A stretch of 64,000 nt of DNA from Hydrolagus colliei (GCA_035084275.1 CM068749.1:15252001-15316000), one strand, 5' to 3'; shown: positions 25,842 to 40,620, counted from the first letter of the stretch. Program-made: numbers and translations. Notes: generated by a model from the sequence alone, not told the origin.

Positions 25842-26465
25842 TTGGCAGGAAAGGTTGATAGAACTGTTTTTAAAAAGGCATATGGGATTCTTGGCTTTAT
25901 AAATACAGGTAGTAGCATTGAGTACAAAAGCAATAAGTTCTGCTAAACTTTTATAAGTCTTTTGGCCTCAGCTGGAGTATTGTGTCCAATTCTAGGCACC
26001 ACACTTCAAGAAGGATCTTGAGGCCTTGGAGAGGGTACAGAGGAGGTTTACCAGAATGGTACCAGGGATGAGGGACATTAGTTATATGGTGAGACTAGAG
26101 AAAGATTGTTCTCCTTAGAGCAGAGAGGGGTAATGGGAAATTTAATAGAGGTGCTCAAAATTCTGAAGGGTTTTAATGGAGTAGATTTAAAGCTTCCACC
26201 AGCAGGTGGGTCAGTAATCAATTCAGAGTACAGTACTTGGCAAAAAAAAATCAAAGGGGAGATGAGGAGAACCAGATGCTGGAAAAAGATTCAATAACAA
26301 CTTTTCAAAAGCAAATTGGATAAATACTTGGAGAGGGAAGATTTGCAAGGACATGGGGAAAGAGCGAGGCATTGGGACTGATTCAATAGCTCTTTCAAAG
26401 AGCCGGCACAGGCACATTCGGCTGAATAGCTTCCTTCTGTTGCTGTAATATTCTATGATTCTCTG
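25842..26465 (+). mobile_element. CR1 LINE 3' fragment in ST6GALNAC5 intron 2
   Basis: PQLEYCVQF...LERVQRRFTRMVPGM...LFSLEQR...LIEVLKILKGF with stops and deletions; ATTCTATGATTCT tail. Confidence 0.88.
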
Positions 26466-27579
26466 AAATTACTTCAAAATAGGTTTTTAAATTTGAGGCC
26501 CTATGATAGGAATGATTCACATTTTGTATATTCACTCAAGTAGTTAAAAAGACAAATATAGAATTATCTAATTGAATGCGAGGATATGAAAAAGGATACA
26601 AACCCTAGGTAAATCCTCAGGAGGTTTCCAATGTTAGTAGCAGTAATCTGATTGAATGTAATGGGAGATTTTCTATTTCCATGTTAGGTTATTATGCAGT
26701 ACACTGATGAACCACAACCTCAGTGATCTGCATTGATTTAGAATTCCCCCATAAGTTGACATGAAGTGAAACCCCCTGCTTTACCAGTTCAGTTCCATGC
26801 AGTGCAATACATATGGAGAAATGGACAAGTGCCTACATCAAAGGTGTCTGGAAAAAATAATTCCACACTTCAGAATCCACTTGCACATTGTAAAATATGT
26901 TCATTTTCAAGTGGGTTTGCCATGTTTACTTTAGGCAGCAATAAATCAGATGAATGTGCTTTGTAGGTATTTGCATATTGGGGGTCATTGTAGCAAAAAA
27001 ATTTACTATTTGATTTCAAGAATGAGCATTTTGTTTTAATTATTATTTATAATTGCAATCTGATTTGCAATTGGTACTAACTTTAGAGTAGTAGCTCTCA
27101 TGCACTCTCATGCATCACACTTGGTTGGTCGCTGCTCAATTAATGAATCAAACTATGATCAAAGCTGTATATTACATTCGATTCCGTTCTAAAGTATCAT
27201 TCTAATGACGGCAGAGTGCCAAGAAAATATTATGTCAACATTAAATCAAAATTAGGCAACATTTGTAATTTTGCAATTAAACTTTGATATTACCGGTATT
27301 TCTTTCTAAAGCTGAAAGTGACTGGTAGACGTACGAACATCTCTGATTTTTGTAGCTTATTCAATCCTCTTTTCTATTTTAACCATATCAAAGTATCAAA
27401 CTACATTCCCGAAACATGTTTCAATATCATCATCCATAACTGATGACACTGATGTCATGACATGGCACTGATGACCATTGGGTGAGGATGAATAGAGTTC
27501 TTTCCAAATGACCTGTAATTTAAATTGCATTTGTAAAGCAGTTCTAGGTACTTGTTGTGGCAGTTATATTCCAGGCAGT

Positions 27580-27840
27580 TATATTTCAGGCAGGGTGAAA
27601 CCTTGGGCAAGTTTCCTTACTTCACACAGCGAATAATAATTCCTTTAAAAAAATTCAATGATAAATTGGTCACTTCAATCCACGACTGTTTGTGGGACAC
27701 TGCTGTTCCAATTGGCTGCCATGTTTCGCCCACAAATATACCGTCAATTCACTTTACAGTATATTCTGTGAAGCGCTTTGAGACATCTAGAAAATGTGAA
27801 AAGCGCTATATCAAATGCAAGGATTATATTATTATTGTTA
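27580..27840 (+). mobile_element. tRNA-derived SINE, 5'-truncated
   Basis: Family body and intact tail AAGCGCTTTGAGAC...AAAAGCGCTATATCAAATGCAAGGATTAT. Confidence 0.85.
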
Positions 27841-29580
27841 TAACGTTTGATTTCTCAAAACTCATACAAACTTAACTCTTTTATTTACACAAGTAAACAA
27901 ATTTCAGTTGAATTAAGGTACCATAAATGATATTGATTAAACATTTACAGGGAGCTCTGATTATCATTTTTTTTCCCCAACTCTGCATTTTTGGCCACTA
28001 TTTTGATAGATTTAGAATGTTACTGTTGGAAAGAGCAAGGTCACATCATACTTTGGCACGTTTACTATTTGTTCTCTTGCTCACAAATAATTCTGAATGA
28101 TAACAATTTCATATTGCTTTGTGAGTGATGCTTTATATTATGATATTTCCTAGTGCAAGTATTTATTCAATAGAGCCCTTTCATTAAACAGAAGCAATAT
28201 TGTAACCAAATTTGTGATAATAAAGACAGTAGCAATCCATTAAAGAAAATCAGAAGGTAGAGATATACAAGGCTTTAAGGGAAATAAGAAAAACATAACT
28301 GGTTAAAAATAAACCAGACATGATGGAATTAAAGGATTAATTGAAACCAAGGTTAGAATATTTATTAAATAAATCACATTGAAAGTATTCTAAGTATGAA
28401 GAAAGGGTTGGGAAAGTTAAGTCAGTTGTCGCTTTGGTTCAATACACTGGCTAAAATCCAGTTGTAAAATCTATTTTAGATTTGTTTTTCATTATGTCAA
28501 GTTGTGGAGCTAAAACATTATTCTTCCTCTGTGAGTCACGATTGCAAAACACAGTCTGTTTTGGTGCGGGATTGTTTTTTTTTATCTCTGCTAAGCCATA
28601 AGGCCACAGGGGTGAATGCTGTTGCCATTGTGGGTGCAATCTGACCCTTTATCTTTAGAGACAAGGCACGGTGAGGGCACAAAGCTGTCTTTGAATAAAT
28701 ATTCTTGTTTGAACTAACAGCCTTATAAATGTAACTTACATATTATTGGAATTATTTAATAGCTGTTAAATATTTCAATATTTCATCCATGTGCTAGACA
28801 CATGGGTGACGAGAGAATCCATATAAAATTGGTGCATTTTAATACAAATGTTAAAAGACTGCACAGATAGAATCAGAAAACATGTCTGGCATCTGGTGAT
28901 GGTCACAATTGTTACAGGAACCTGTTCCATTAAACTACTGACCACTTGAGAAGTTTCTCTGTTACACGAAGTTACAAAAGTACATTCCACTAAACACTCT
29001 TAACTCGGTTGGTAGAAGTGGTCTCTCTGAACTGAGAGACTGTGGTTTCAAGCTCCATGTTAGGGAGTTTAGCTCATAGCCTAACTTGTGGGAGCACAGC
29101 TTTGTCGAACGTGCTGCTCTGCTGATGAGCCATTAAACCAAGGTCCCATCTACCTATTCTGATCATTAAAGATTCGATGGTAATATATATTAAAAAAAGA
29201 AGTAAGTTTCTCCTTATGTTCTGGCCAATAATTCTCCAGTTTTTTTTAATAAAGGCTGCATAGCTGTTTGTAGGACGATGTGTGCAAATTGGTAACTCGT
29301 GCATTTGTTTAAAAATACAGTCACTAAACATTACAGAGAACTCTGAAACATTTTGAGATATTTTGACAAAATAAGGTGCTAGTATCATATGCAAAGACTA
29401 TTATAATTAATAAACCAATAGCCATAAAAAGCACCACTAAAATGGGTGTGGGAGAGAATATCACAGATAATATGGTTGTTATAAAAACAGGCATATGTAA
29501 AATTTGAGTTACTGTACAAAGAAATATGTTGAAATTGATGTGCAGATGTCAAATGTCAAAGGAAATCAGAGCGTTGCAAT

Positions 29581-29860
29581 TGTGGAATTCTGTAGCTTAG
29601 TGGTTAGAGCACTCGCCTTACAACTATGTTCAAATCCAGGCAGGTCAGGGCGAAACCTTGGACAAGTTTCCTTACTCCACACGCCTAACAATAATCCATC
29701 AAAAAAAAACTTAATAATATTGGTTATTTCAATCCTTGACTGTTTGTGGGATACTGCTGTGCACAATTGGCTGCCACGTTTCACCCACAATATGCTTTCA
29801 CAAACGTTTCACAAATGATGTGAAAAGTGCAATATCGAATGCAAGGATTATTATTAATAT
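29581..29860 (+). mobile_element. tRNA-derived SINE, near full length
   Basis: TAGCTTAGTGGTTAGAGC, GTTCAAATCC and GGGCGAAACCTTGG...CCTTACTCCACACGCC; same family as 59992-60277. Confidence 0.88.
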
Positions 29861-32800
29861 ATTGTAATGTCTTTATAATGCAAATAGTTCAAATGACTTT
29901 TGCTGCATGGCAGCATTTGTTCAGTTGCAGTAGCCTAGTCCATAAACACCATCCTTATCATATTCTTTGCCTTATATTAGAGGCATTTTTCAACATGATG
30001 CATGTTTCATCTTGCCTCAGAAACATTTTCTCCCCATGAATATTTTCTCTTCTGAAACCATTAATCTGGTTGATAACTTTGGTTTATTTTTATCCCGTCA
30101 TGGTATTCAATAAAATCTTTACTGGGTCTCAGGTTTATTTGAAATATATATTTTTAAATCGCTGCATCTAATTTGATTGATCAAACTAACTTCTTCCACC
30201 ACAACTTAAAGAATTTTGACAATATCATAGATTTTCATTAAGCCTGCTACTAAGTCTTCTGGTAATTTGTTCTGCAGAATCCATTGGCCAAGAAATCCAT
30301 TAATTCAAATCTAAAAATCTACTAGTATTTCAACTAGGATATAAATCCTATGCATTCTGTTAGACCTAAAAGAGCAATATTTTAACTGGGATATCTGACA
30401 AAATCACTTCTATAGCTATTTAGGCATCTTTAAGATATTCTTGCTTCTGCGTACATTTCTGAAATCAACCTGCAACCTTCAAAAAGTTGTCATTGATCAA
30501 ATTTTAGCCTAAATAAGGAATGCCATGAGAGTGTTCAACATAAGATACATTACAGTCAAACCTGATCATTCCTTTACTTTCATTGTGCTTTTCCAGCAGG
30601 ATTGGACAGTGATCAATAGTAGAAGGAATCTTAGTTGATTTACGCCTTTGATGCAATTGAGGTCAAATATAGTGTGCCAGATCCAGTGTACCAGAAGAAA
30701 TGAACCAATCTAGAACAGCAGATGAGAGACTCTTAAGATAGAGTCGTTGCTTTTGTTCACAAAACCATCTCGTCTCATACCATAATAATAATACTTGCAT
30801 TTGTTATATCACTTTTCCAGACTTCTCAAAGCATTTTATAGCATATACTTTACTGTAAAGTGGATTGACTGTGCATTTTGTGAGCGAACTTCAGCAGCCA
30901 ATTGCACACAGCAATGTCCCACAAACAGCAATGGTGACAAACACATGAGGATACAATGACTTATAAAACCCCTCACCTCGCTCCTGGCAAACAAAATTCA
31001 AATTGGAACTGCTTGCTGCCACTAAGTTATAATTAACCAAATAATGCAGAATTCATTGCAATAGGTGGCAGATATTGCTCCATGCATTCACCATAATAAA
31101 TGTTATCAAAACTGTTTACCATGGTTAATGTGTGAAGTGTAATTCACTTAATGCGTTGCCTGCTCATTGTTGCTTCATGTGGAATCTTGTCCGAATTGTT
31201 TCACCACATAGTGTCTCCTGCCTGACAGGTACAATTTATCAATGCAGTCTGCAATCGCTGTAAGCGAAATGAATATAAATATTATATTAAGAATTTCCAT
31301 TAAGAAATTATGAATACATTTTAGCTCATCATAACCTATGTGATAAGTAATTATGTTTGCATGTAAATTGTATCAAACATCTTGCTTCTAATAGGATAGA
31401 CATTCTGCCTATCCATTCCACTGACCACTTCCTTAGAAAGCTTATAACTTTGTTATAGTCGGTATAGTACAGGATAAAGCATTCAAGTAATATTAGACAG
31501 AACATTAATGGTGAGTTTGGTCACACATTTAAAAATAAACCAACGAGATCATTTCTTCTTTATTATAACAATCCTTGGAATTATTAGGCAGGAATTGATG
31601 TAAATAAATTACATTTCAGGGAAAATATAATTTGTTATAGTTAGATATCCATTTTTAGATTCTCTGTTTCAAGAATTGATTGATAAATCCTTTCACTCAT
31701 AATGTTTAGAAAGTTCCAGTTTTCAATGGTAATTAGTGGATGCATGTAGTACTAAATAAATGGTGAACATGGGCATATAGTATAAAATTGCACAATTTAT
31801 TAAGACAGGTTAAGATATTTTGCTAAGCGTGTTTTTGAAATCTGGTAATGTCTTTGATTTTAAACCATTTGATAATGATGTTGAGATGGGTTTCTCCCAA
31901 TGACCTGGCAAACAATAGCGTAGATATAATGCTCATTCAACTTCATAGCTTTGTTGAGTGCAAATTGGCTGCCATCTCATAATGAATACATTTGAGACAC
32001 ACTGAATTCCCAGTAAATTCTGGGAAGCTCTTTGAGACATCCTCCTGACGTGAAAGGCACTATAACAAATGCAAGATTTATTTATGATTTTTGTTATTAT
32101 TATAGTATAGTATTAAGAAATCTGGAAATGTGTTTCACTCCCCCCATGTTATAATCAGTCACCATGGGCAACCAAAACGTTGCCCAAAATAAATTGTTTT
32201 AGAAAATCTTGGTTTGTTTTATTGGCAGTTTGTATATAATCCACAAGGGAAAATAATAAATCTTAAAAGCTGCAAAGAGCGTGAGTAACTATTACAAAGG
32301 TCGTGTAAGAAAAATGTCTGCTTTAATAGAACAGGGACCTGGCAGTGGCAATGTTCTCCATGTTGGAAGTTGAACTTCACTGCACTCTGATTTCAACATC
32401 TAGTCTCTGCTTACATCTCTGGTGGCACTTCACAGAGTTAAGCAATCTGTGTGTAGCTGCTTTTTGACCTGTGCCGGGGATTGACAAACTCTCTTTCCAG
32501 TCAATTGCATGTGTACTCTGAATTCACTTATTGCATTTTAATGTATGTACTCCCAGCTCCTAGCACAGTATCTCTGAGGTCTTAATTTTAAGGAATATGC
32601 TGCCTTACGTTGGGAGTTAGACTTGTATCCAAGGACTTAGTTATGCCCCCCACCAGTCATCCCTCCTTATTCAACTCACTGTCTGTGGATCAACACAGCC
32701 AGTGCTTTTTGTGAAAAACAAATTAGATATGATTTTCTAGAATTGGTAGTGTTCCCTTGCCCTTATCTCCTGCACACTTATTTTCACTGCTTCCTCATCC

Positions 32801-33477
32801 ACCGAGCAAAAGGAAAACATATTTTCACTGAGGATAATTTGTCCTTCAAGTGACTCCATGAATTCTTCAAATAGAATAATCTATCTCCTCCTGTTCCCTT
32901 TGCTCTGTGCCCATGCCAAGAAACTTGTTGCAGCGAATCCCGTAAAAGAGGATTCACACCAAGTTAGGTGCATTTACAATGGTCCCAATGGTTCTTAGCC
33001 ATACTCTGTGGTCTAACTGACATAAGCTATTGGCAAATTTAGGATAATTATTGTAAAAAAAAACTACAGTAGTTAAGATTGCTCCTTTCATTGTAAAAAA
33101 AGAAATGCCTTGGAGTATTTTATAAAGTAAAATTAATTTGAAACAAAGTGAATGGCATGTAGCAGCTAAATTTGCCTGTGTACAACAATGAGCTGAGTAG
33201 CTAATTGTTCAAATTGAATCTGGATGAGGAGGGAATAGAATTGTATCGTGCAGGGTTCATCTCTTATACGTTCTGCCTTACTAAAGTGGGTATGAGTACA
33301 TGGATATGCATGCATGTTCACACACACCTTCCCGAATTGGGCATCCTGATAATGAGTAGCAGTAAATTGAGAAAATGTATATCTGCTTTGTGTTTTCCTT
33401 TAACAAAACAATATTGGATGCACTTCAATTACTAGTGCCTGCCAGAAAGGTAAAGATGATTTTTGTTTGTTTTTCAG

Positions 33478-33887
33478 CCTCTAAAAATACACTGTAAAAA
33501 TTGTGCACTGGTTACCAGCTCTGGACACCTTACTGGGAGCAATCGAGGCACTGAGATTGACAAAACGGAGTGTGTCATTCGCATGAACGATGCACCAACA
33601 CGTGGTTATCGAAATGATGTGGGTCAAAAAACAAGTCTTCGAGTTATTGCACACTCCAGTATCCAGCGGATTTTACAAAAGCGTAACGAGTTGTTAAATG
33701 TGACCCAGGATCCAGTGTTTGTCTTCTGGGGGCCCAGCAACTACATGAGGAGAGACGGAAAAGGTTTAGTTTACAACCACTTGCAGCTGATACATCAAAT
33801 ACTACCGAAGCTAAAGGTTTACACAATTACACGGCAAAAGATGCTGTATTTTGATGAACTCTTCAAAAGAGAGACTGGAAAAGACAG
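33478..33887 (+). CDS. ST6GALNAC5: ST6GALNAC5 coding exon 3 (sialylmotif L)
   Basis: ttttcag|CCT ... GAC AG|gtatgg; 410 nt. Encodes PLKIHCKNCALVTSSGHLTGSNRGTEIDKTECVIRMNDAPTRGYRNDVGQKTSLRVIAHSSIQRIL...ETGKDR, a GT29 sialylmotif L with ST6GalNAc V-type sequence. Confidence 0.97.
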
Positions 33888-36419
33888 GTATGGAGGAAAT
33901 ATTATACCTGAAGTCTTGTCTGGTATTTTCTGCAGGGAGCTTTAGAGAAGATCATTAAAACCCGATAGCCTTTGATGTACCAAGATGATGAATGATCATT
34001 ATTGAAGGTCAGGTAGTGGAGGGAAAAAAGTATTACCTTTCAAACGACAACTAGAAATAAGATCTAAAATAATGATTCTACACTACAAGAAGATAACATC
34101 TGTCAATTACAGTTAAGCCCTGAATTTCACATTTATGAACTATTTCAAGATGATGCAGGAATAAAGTAGTAATTTTATGTTCTATCTAATCTATAAAAAG
34201 GAAACATTTTTATGGTAGTTTAACGATATTAAAAAAAAGTGTTTGTGATTTTCCAGAAAATTGGCACAATGTATATATTTTTAAATAACAAAATAATTAA
34301 TTTACTTAAACCTAACTATTAATAAATTATAAGTTTACAAACTAAAAATGCAACTTTTCATTCACCTGCTTTATCAGTCACCAATCACCCATTTCCAAAT
34401 GATACTACAGCTCATTGTGATTGATGTAGCTTCTAAATTTGGGTTAATGGGAAAGAGATCTCATGGTTTTTTGAAATCAAAGTACAGTGCACAATTTTAG
34501 TAGTGTTAGTTAACTGAATGGGGGTAAATGTGTATCGATAATACTATGTTTATTTAAATGTCTTTCTTTCATTATCAGCACACTCATTCAATCTATAAAC
34601 TGCTACATTATGTAGCACCACATCATGATTAACATATTTTGACACAGGAGTTACAATTTCTTTGTTTTCAAATATTTTTTCCCCAAGTACTGTAATAAAA
34701 TTTCATAGCCCTAAAGGCAATGCATGTTGTACTCTATACCTGCACTTTAGCTGGTATTTCAGTATAGACCAACTAATTTAATAATAAATATGGTACTGTA
34801 GTTCGTTGCTGGCTGATTGAATAGAGAGTGACGTACATAGTCTTTGGAAAATGTTTGTACATTGAGCTGAGACTTTGTATTAACCTTTGAATTTTGATAA
34901 TCATGGTGAAGATGTGTCTTCTGAGCTGATCAGTATAATTAAAGTTTGGGTAACTGACAGTAGCCAAAGGCTGTAATAAATAACAGCTGCATTTGTTTGG
35001 CTCATAGAGCTCATCTATTGATCTTTGGGCAAAATAAACTGTGAAATAATGATTTCAACCTTTGACTCTAGACATTTAGCTACAGTACTTGGTTAAGAGC
35101 TGTGCAACCTTTGACATCAGACGTTTGAAAATGTACCACGTCTGTCCACAGCATTATTCCAAAGAGATTTAAAAACATTTAGGACAGACCAGAGCAGTAT
35201 TAATACCATTGATTCCTATTATAATGCACTTATTTAAAACAGAGTCACTTAATAGAGAAATTGGGGTGTGGAGCCCAACATTTACTTACTAATAAATCCA
35301 AATGGCACACAGTAAGTCAGCCGATCTGTTCACCCAGGAATCAGCATTTGTTTTGTGTGGGAAGCTGCAGGATGCATTGAAGAGCAAAATATCAAAAGTA
35401 TAAACTTGGATTTAAATTGGGATTTTATAATGATCAGTAGGCATTAAATAATTTAATAGTAATTTAATGTTACAGTTATCTTTGAAGAAGAGCATATAAC
35501 TAACTAACTACAGACTTTTGAAATATAGTAAAATGGATTGAATGAGCCAAATATATTTTTCGCTCACCCTTAAGTTTTTCATCTTCTTAAGGAACTGGCT
35601 GTTTCCGTAGGCTACAATTCTAAATGTGAATACATGAAGAATAGTGGTTGCTAATTGACTTTTAGGAGTTTTAGTTGGCAATAAAATAGAAAGCTGTGCC
35701 ATCTGGCATTTCACAATGAGGAATATTGTTAATTTGTTTTAAATATTCACATTTATTGAGTTTTGGCCAAGAATAAATGGAACTCCATCTTGCCGTACTT
35801 CGCTGCACTTAATGACCAGCTGTTTTACATCTACCTTCTCCATTATTTCAACTTTGAAACTACGATTCATTCTATTATGTCACCCAACTCCAACCACCTA
35901 ATGATTTTAGCAAAGCTTTGCTGGACATCAAATTGCCAGTCATTATCTCAAGTGGAAATATTGATGAATAGCTTTACATCTATCTCATAAAATGATGAGG
36001 TAATTGGTAGATGTGATCTAAAGACTGTTCCAGATCTTCAGTTTCATTCTCATTTACTATTGAACCCTGAAAAACCATGGAACTGTGTTTGTAACAGTTA
36101 TGTGGTAGTATGGCAGTGGTTACATGCAAACCCAAACACAATAACAATATAAAATCATAAAGTTGTCTCTGACATATTCTTCATGAGTGCTGGGCAGAAT
36201 GCAGTGCGGATGAATAGATGGAATGTAAAAATAAGCAATTTGACAGTTGGCAGTTTGTTTTTGGTTAAGTACAATGTTTATGTGTTTACATTTACCTCCT
36301 AAATTCTATTTTCTATTATGATACTTTGTTAAAGGTATGAATTGTAAATATACCCAGATTTTTAAGTGTTAGTTTGTTGGGATGAATCCAATAGCATTTT
36401 TAAAAAGGAAACTGGAAGG

Positions 36420-36530
36420 GATGCAAGCTCGGTACCTGCCATCTCACAGGAACTCTACTCCGTGTACACTGACTCTCAGGAAATGCGCTTGGTGTACACT
36501 GTCCCTCTGAAATGCAGCTCAGTACAAATT
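36420..36530. repeat. Degenerate minisatellite, about 29-bp unit, 3-4 copies
   Basis: Recurring GTGTACACTG..CTC..GAAATGC units. Confidence 0.6.
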
Positions 36531-36639
36531 CCCAAGTCAGTGTGACATACACAGTTTGCAGAAAATATTTCCACTCAGCTTTCTTATTAAGGAATTCCCC
36601 TGGAAATCACTATAAATTGCATTTTTTTGAATGCATCAA

Positions 36640-37345
36640 TAAATAATACTTGCATTTGAATTTGTATCTAGAATGTATCTCAAAATGCCCTATAGTAATT
36701 ACTGTTCAGTTTAGTGACTGTATTTGTAGGCGAGCGCGACAACTAATTTTGACACGTTGAGTGTTGCACAATCAACCAGGGGGTGAAGGTCTAAACTATC
36801 GGAGGATTGGAAGCTCCCTTCTTGTTTTGAATAGAGTCAGATTCTTTAACCATCTGAACAGTCAGATGGAAGTTTGGTTTAACATCTCACCTGAAGGACG
36901 ACACCTCTGATAATGCAGCATTCCCCTCCCAATACTGCACTTGACAGTCAACATCTGGAAACAATGGCGGTAACAAGCTAAGCTGGATCCGAGATGACTT
37001 GCACAACAACAGACTGGTGGAATCAAATCAATCTTCTGTGGCTGTCTCTGTCGTTCGGTTCCTGAGCCAAGCAAGTCTGAAGTTGTTCAAGACACAGATG
37101 GGGATATTCAAAAGCAGTCAGCCAAAGAAACTCTCTACTCTTTCCAAATGATATGAGATCTTTAGTGTTCACTAGGAAAGGCAGGCAGGACATTAATGAA
37201 AGGCAACCTGTAGTGATGCAGTGCTCCTCCAATTCTGTACTGGAGTGTCAGCCTGAACTGTGCGCTCAACTCCTGACATGGAGCTTGAACACAAGCCGCT
37301 GGCCGATATGGGGTTGAGTATGTTACCAGCTGAGCTAAATTAGCT
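36640..37345 (-). mobile_element. Two Deu-domain (AmnSINE1/SacSINE1-like) SINE remnants
   Basis: GGTTTAACATCTCACCTGAAGGACGACACCTCTGATAATGCAGCATTCCC and GTACTGGAGTGTCAGCCT, the Deu-domain signature recognised from memory. Confidence 0.7.
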
Positions 37346-37943
37346 AATGTTATTGAAGAAATGCAATGAGTGGAGTTGGAAGTAGAGTACCAGTTAGTTT
37401 GCTCTAAAGTGAGAAAAGTAATGAACTGACTGAATGTTTTTAATATAGTGTTTTAATTGCTAAGCTTTCTGATTTAAATAAACTGCTGAGATGCTAAGTC
37501 CAACAGTGGCACCAGCAAACTACGCTTGGATCATGTTTGTACAGTGTTATATCAGCATACAGTGAAGGCAGTTAGTCGTTTTGGAATAGTGGGGGGTTAT
37601 TACGGTTTCCACAGGGAAGTTTGCATGTGTCTGGAAATTATATTCTTGTCTGTATTGCAACAAATATGAAGTTACACCTTATAAGTACAGTATTTTCTGT
37701 TTTTTCCCCAGCCTTTTTAAACAGTGTTGCTGTTTTCAGCAGGCAGCTTCATACACCTTATTTGTATTAATTGTGAAAACATTTTAGAAAGCTATTTTTC
37801 TGTCATATTCCTTTCTCCTATAAACATTTTGACATTTTCCACACAGGGAAAAAAAAACACTCGCGTAATTTAAATTGCAAATTAGTGTCCTAACACAGTT
37901 TTTAAAGGCAGTAATCTAAAAGTAGAAAATGTTTAATTTCCAG

Positions 37944-38051
37944 GAAATCTTCCAACTCATGGCTCAGTACAGGTTGGTTTACAATGATCATCGCTCTTGA
38001 ACTTTGTGACAGAATCAACATCTATGGTATGGTTCCACCCACTTTCTGCAG
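37944..38051 (+). CDS. ST6GALNAC5: ST6GALNAC5 coding exon 4 (sialylmotif S)
   Basis: tttccag|G AAA TCT ... TTC TGC AG|gtaaga; 108 nt, phase 2/2. Encodes KSSNSWLSTGWFTMIIALELCDRINIYGMVPPTFC. Not in the ORF track. Confidence 0.97.
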
Positions 38052-40106
38052 GTAAGAATCCAGCATTTGAAAGCTTTCTCTTTGAAGCCTGAGGGAAAGC
38101 AATATCAACAATATTGTTTGAAAAACGCACACCATGAGACCACTGCTGCTGTGCCTATTCATCTTTGCCTTATTCGTAGGGCTGAATACTTGATTTTATC
38201 GTGTGTCTCTGAAATTGGCCAATAAGATCCCACCACAGATATCACAGAATAGTTCCATCACTCATTGCAATGATCCAATTCAAATTGCTGAATGTAGTTT
38301 ATTTTTACAAGATTGAAACTCAAATTTCCTGTTCCATCTTTCACAAAATTGACTTAATTGGTGAAGTATTGTTTGGGTAAAGTTAATAAAACACCAGTAA
38401 GAGTGATAGAGGATTCTGGTTTGACATACTCTAGCTATTAAAATGTCATGACATTTTAGCTCATGCATACCATATTCAATGTTCAGTCAAGCTAACCAGA
38501 TCCAGTTGTGTTTGGCACTTGTTAGCTGCACCATTCGTCCTTTATTATATTCAAGTAACATTCAATCAATCTTAAAAGGTTTGACATACATACCTGATAT
38601 TATGAACTCCTTCCACTTAGCTGCATCCTGTATTCTAAAAATAATTGTAGTTTGCTAGGAACAGATAAGGAACTAAGGAACTATTACACTGGTATGTTCA
38701 CAGTGAAATGAGTTGCATTACAAAATCAGAATATTTTGAAACATCTCAACATGCTTCATTAGCATATGAATGACAGATGACTAAGATGTTGCACGTTGCA
38801 TGATTCAGACTTTCACACTTTTCCCCCAATATCAATAACAAAAATTTAGATTGTTAGGATCATATTTATATTATATATGGTTTATATAAGTATGAAAAGG
38901 AACCTAAAAGAACAATTGTTTGCATGGCATTTATCCAAAAAGCAACCAACCTAGTTTTTGTTTCATTTTAATTTACTATGAATCTTTGTTATGAGATTGT
39001 ACTCACATAAGAAATACATCGGAAGTAGATTGTATGAGTAAATGTTGAACTAATTTGGCAGTAACTGCAGTATGTAATACAATGTCTTATGAGAAAATGC
39101 CAGTCAAAATAACTCTTATAAACCACTGATAACTACATTATCTATATGAAACAAAGAACTGCTAGGAAGGAGCAAAATACTTCAAATGGATATTGGAATA
39201 TTGGCATGTGGAGTGTGCAAAATATAGGTGCAAATATTATCCTGGTTCACCCAAAACTGGAGATCAAAGCTTTTTGTAAACCAGTCAAAAATGATCAGGT
39301 CAGCTGGGCTGACTTAAAATAGAATTGGAAAGATAAAAATTGTGAATTACAGAAGTAAAAATATTTGTTTTCTATACCATCCAAACATCCTATGGAAGGT
39401 TCCTTGTCTCTTTTGGGTGAGAAATAAAATGATACCTGATGCCAACACCTGCAATCTGCTCCTGTATGGACCTCACTGATGATACATTGAACTAGGGATA
39501 AAAGAGACTGAATATAAATGAAATAGTTTGCAGTATAGTTTCAACACGTGGTGTAATCTTGCTGGGATAAAAATCCCATACTGAATTTATAAAACTAGGT
39601 CATACATCACAATGTATCAATGTGGATAATGCAGACTTCAGGACAAAGTAATCCATGCTAGCAAAATGGCACTAGTATATTGAATAGTACCGAAATAGTT
39701 AGTCTTAATTAGGTAGCGTAATTTCAATTCCACAGTTTAGTTTAGTTTCCACCGTGTATTTTCCAAGACCTTTCCAGCAACTTTTCATAGTTTTAGTTCC
39801 AGGTTCTTAAGATGGAACTGCACTCTTGCAAGAAAGAGGATGCCACAACTTCATACACTTCTGGAAAGAGAAGGAAGGGATTGGGGATGTAATGACAAGG
39901 CAGGAAGCTGGTTGAGAACAAACAAGCACAACAGGATCGTTAAGTCTAATGGCCTTTCCTTGTACAGTACTTTTAAAAAAAATGTCTCTACTAATGGTTT
40001 GTTCAATACATAATTAGAATGTTCTGCACCATTTCACAATCATAGAATCTTCCACAAGGATGCTCTAATAAATGAACCTGATCTGTATGATTGTATTTTT
40101 GTTTAG

Positions 40107-40341
40107 GAATCCCCATCACCAATCAGTACCGTACCATTACTATGAACCTCTAGGACCTGATGAATGTACCATGTATATTTCACATGAACGTGGTCAGAAG
40201 GGAAGCCACCATCGCTTCATTACCGAGAAGAGGGTATTTGCTGGGTGGGCTCAAATGTACAATATTCACTTCTATCAGCCAGATTGGAAACCAGAGTCAA
40301 TTTCTGTCAATCGCACTGAGTACAAGGCAAAATTAAGATGA
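40107..40341 (+). CDS. ST6GALNAC5: ST6GALNAC5 terminal coding exon (motif III HYYE and sialylmotif VS HRFITEK)
   Basis: tgtttag|G AAT CCC ... AGA TGA. Encodes NPHHQSVPYHYYEPLGPDECTMYISHERGQKGSHHRFITEKRVFAGWAQMYNIHFYQPDWKPES...KLR*. The spliced product is 320 aa. Confidence 0.97.
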
Positions 40342-40557
40342 AAGATGTATTAACAGCTGCTGGCCTTGAGGAACTGATCTTTTATCAGTGGCCTGTGTTG
40401 AGATTACAAGGTGACTGCTGCAGCAACGGGCATCATTCTTCCAACGAGTTTCATACATGTATTCCAGCAAACAGTGAAGGAATCCTTGCACCAGCAAAGC
40501 TGTCCCAAACTAAGCGAACATTGGCCGTAACCCTAAGGAATCAGGAGATTTTAGAAA

Positions 40558-40620
40558 TAAACAACAACAACTTCGATTTATATAGCGCCCTCCACGCCGG
40601 ACAGCGTCTCAGAGGGCTTA
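40558..40620 (-). mobile_element. L2-type 3' tail fragment in the ST6GALNAC5 3' UTR
   Basis: (AAC)n..TTTATATAGCGCCC...CGTCTCAGAGGGCT matches 7639-7704. Other isolated L2 tails lie at about 6970-7020, 15145-15220 and 62190-62250. Confidence 0.7.

Noticed and set aside
36420-36530. CRISPR-like array
   Set aside because: Degenerate tandem units without unique spacers, in vertebrate intronic DNA with no cas genes.
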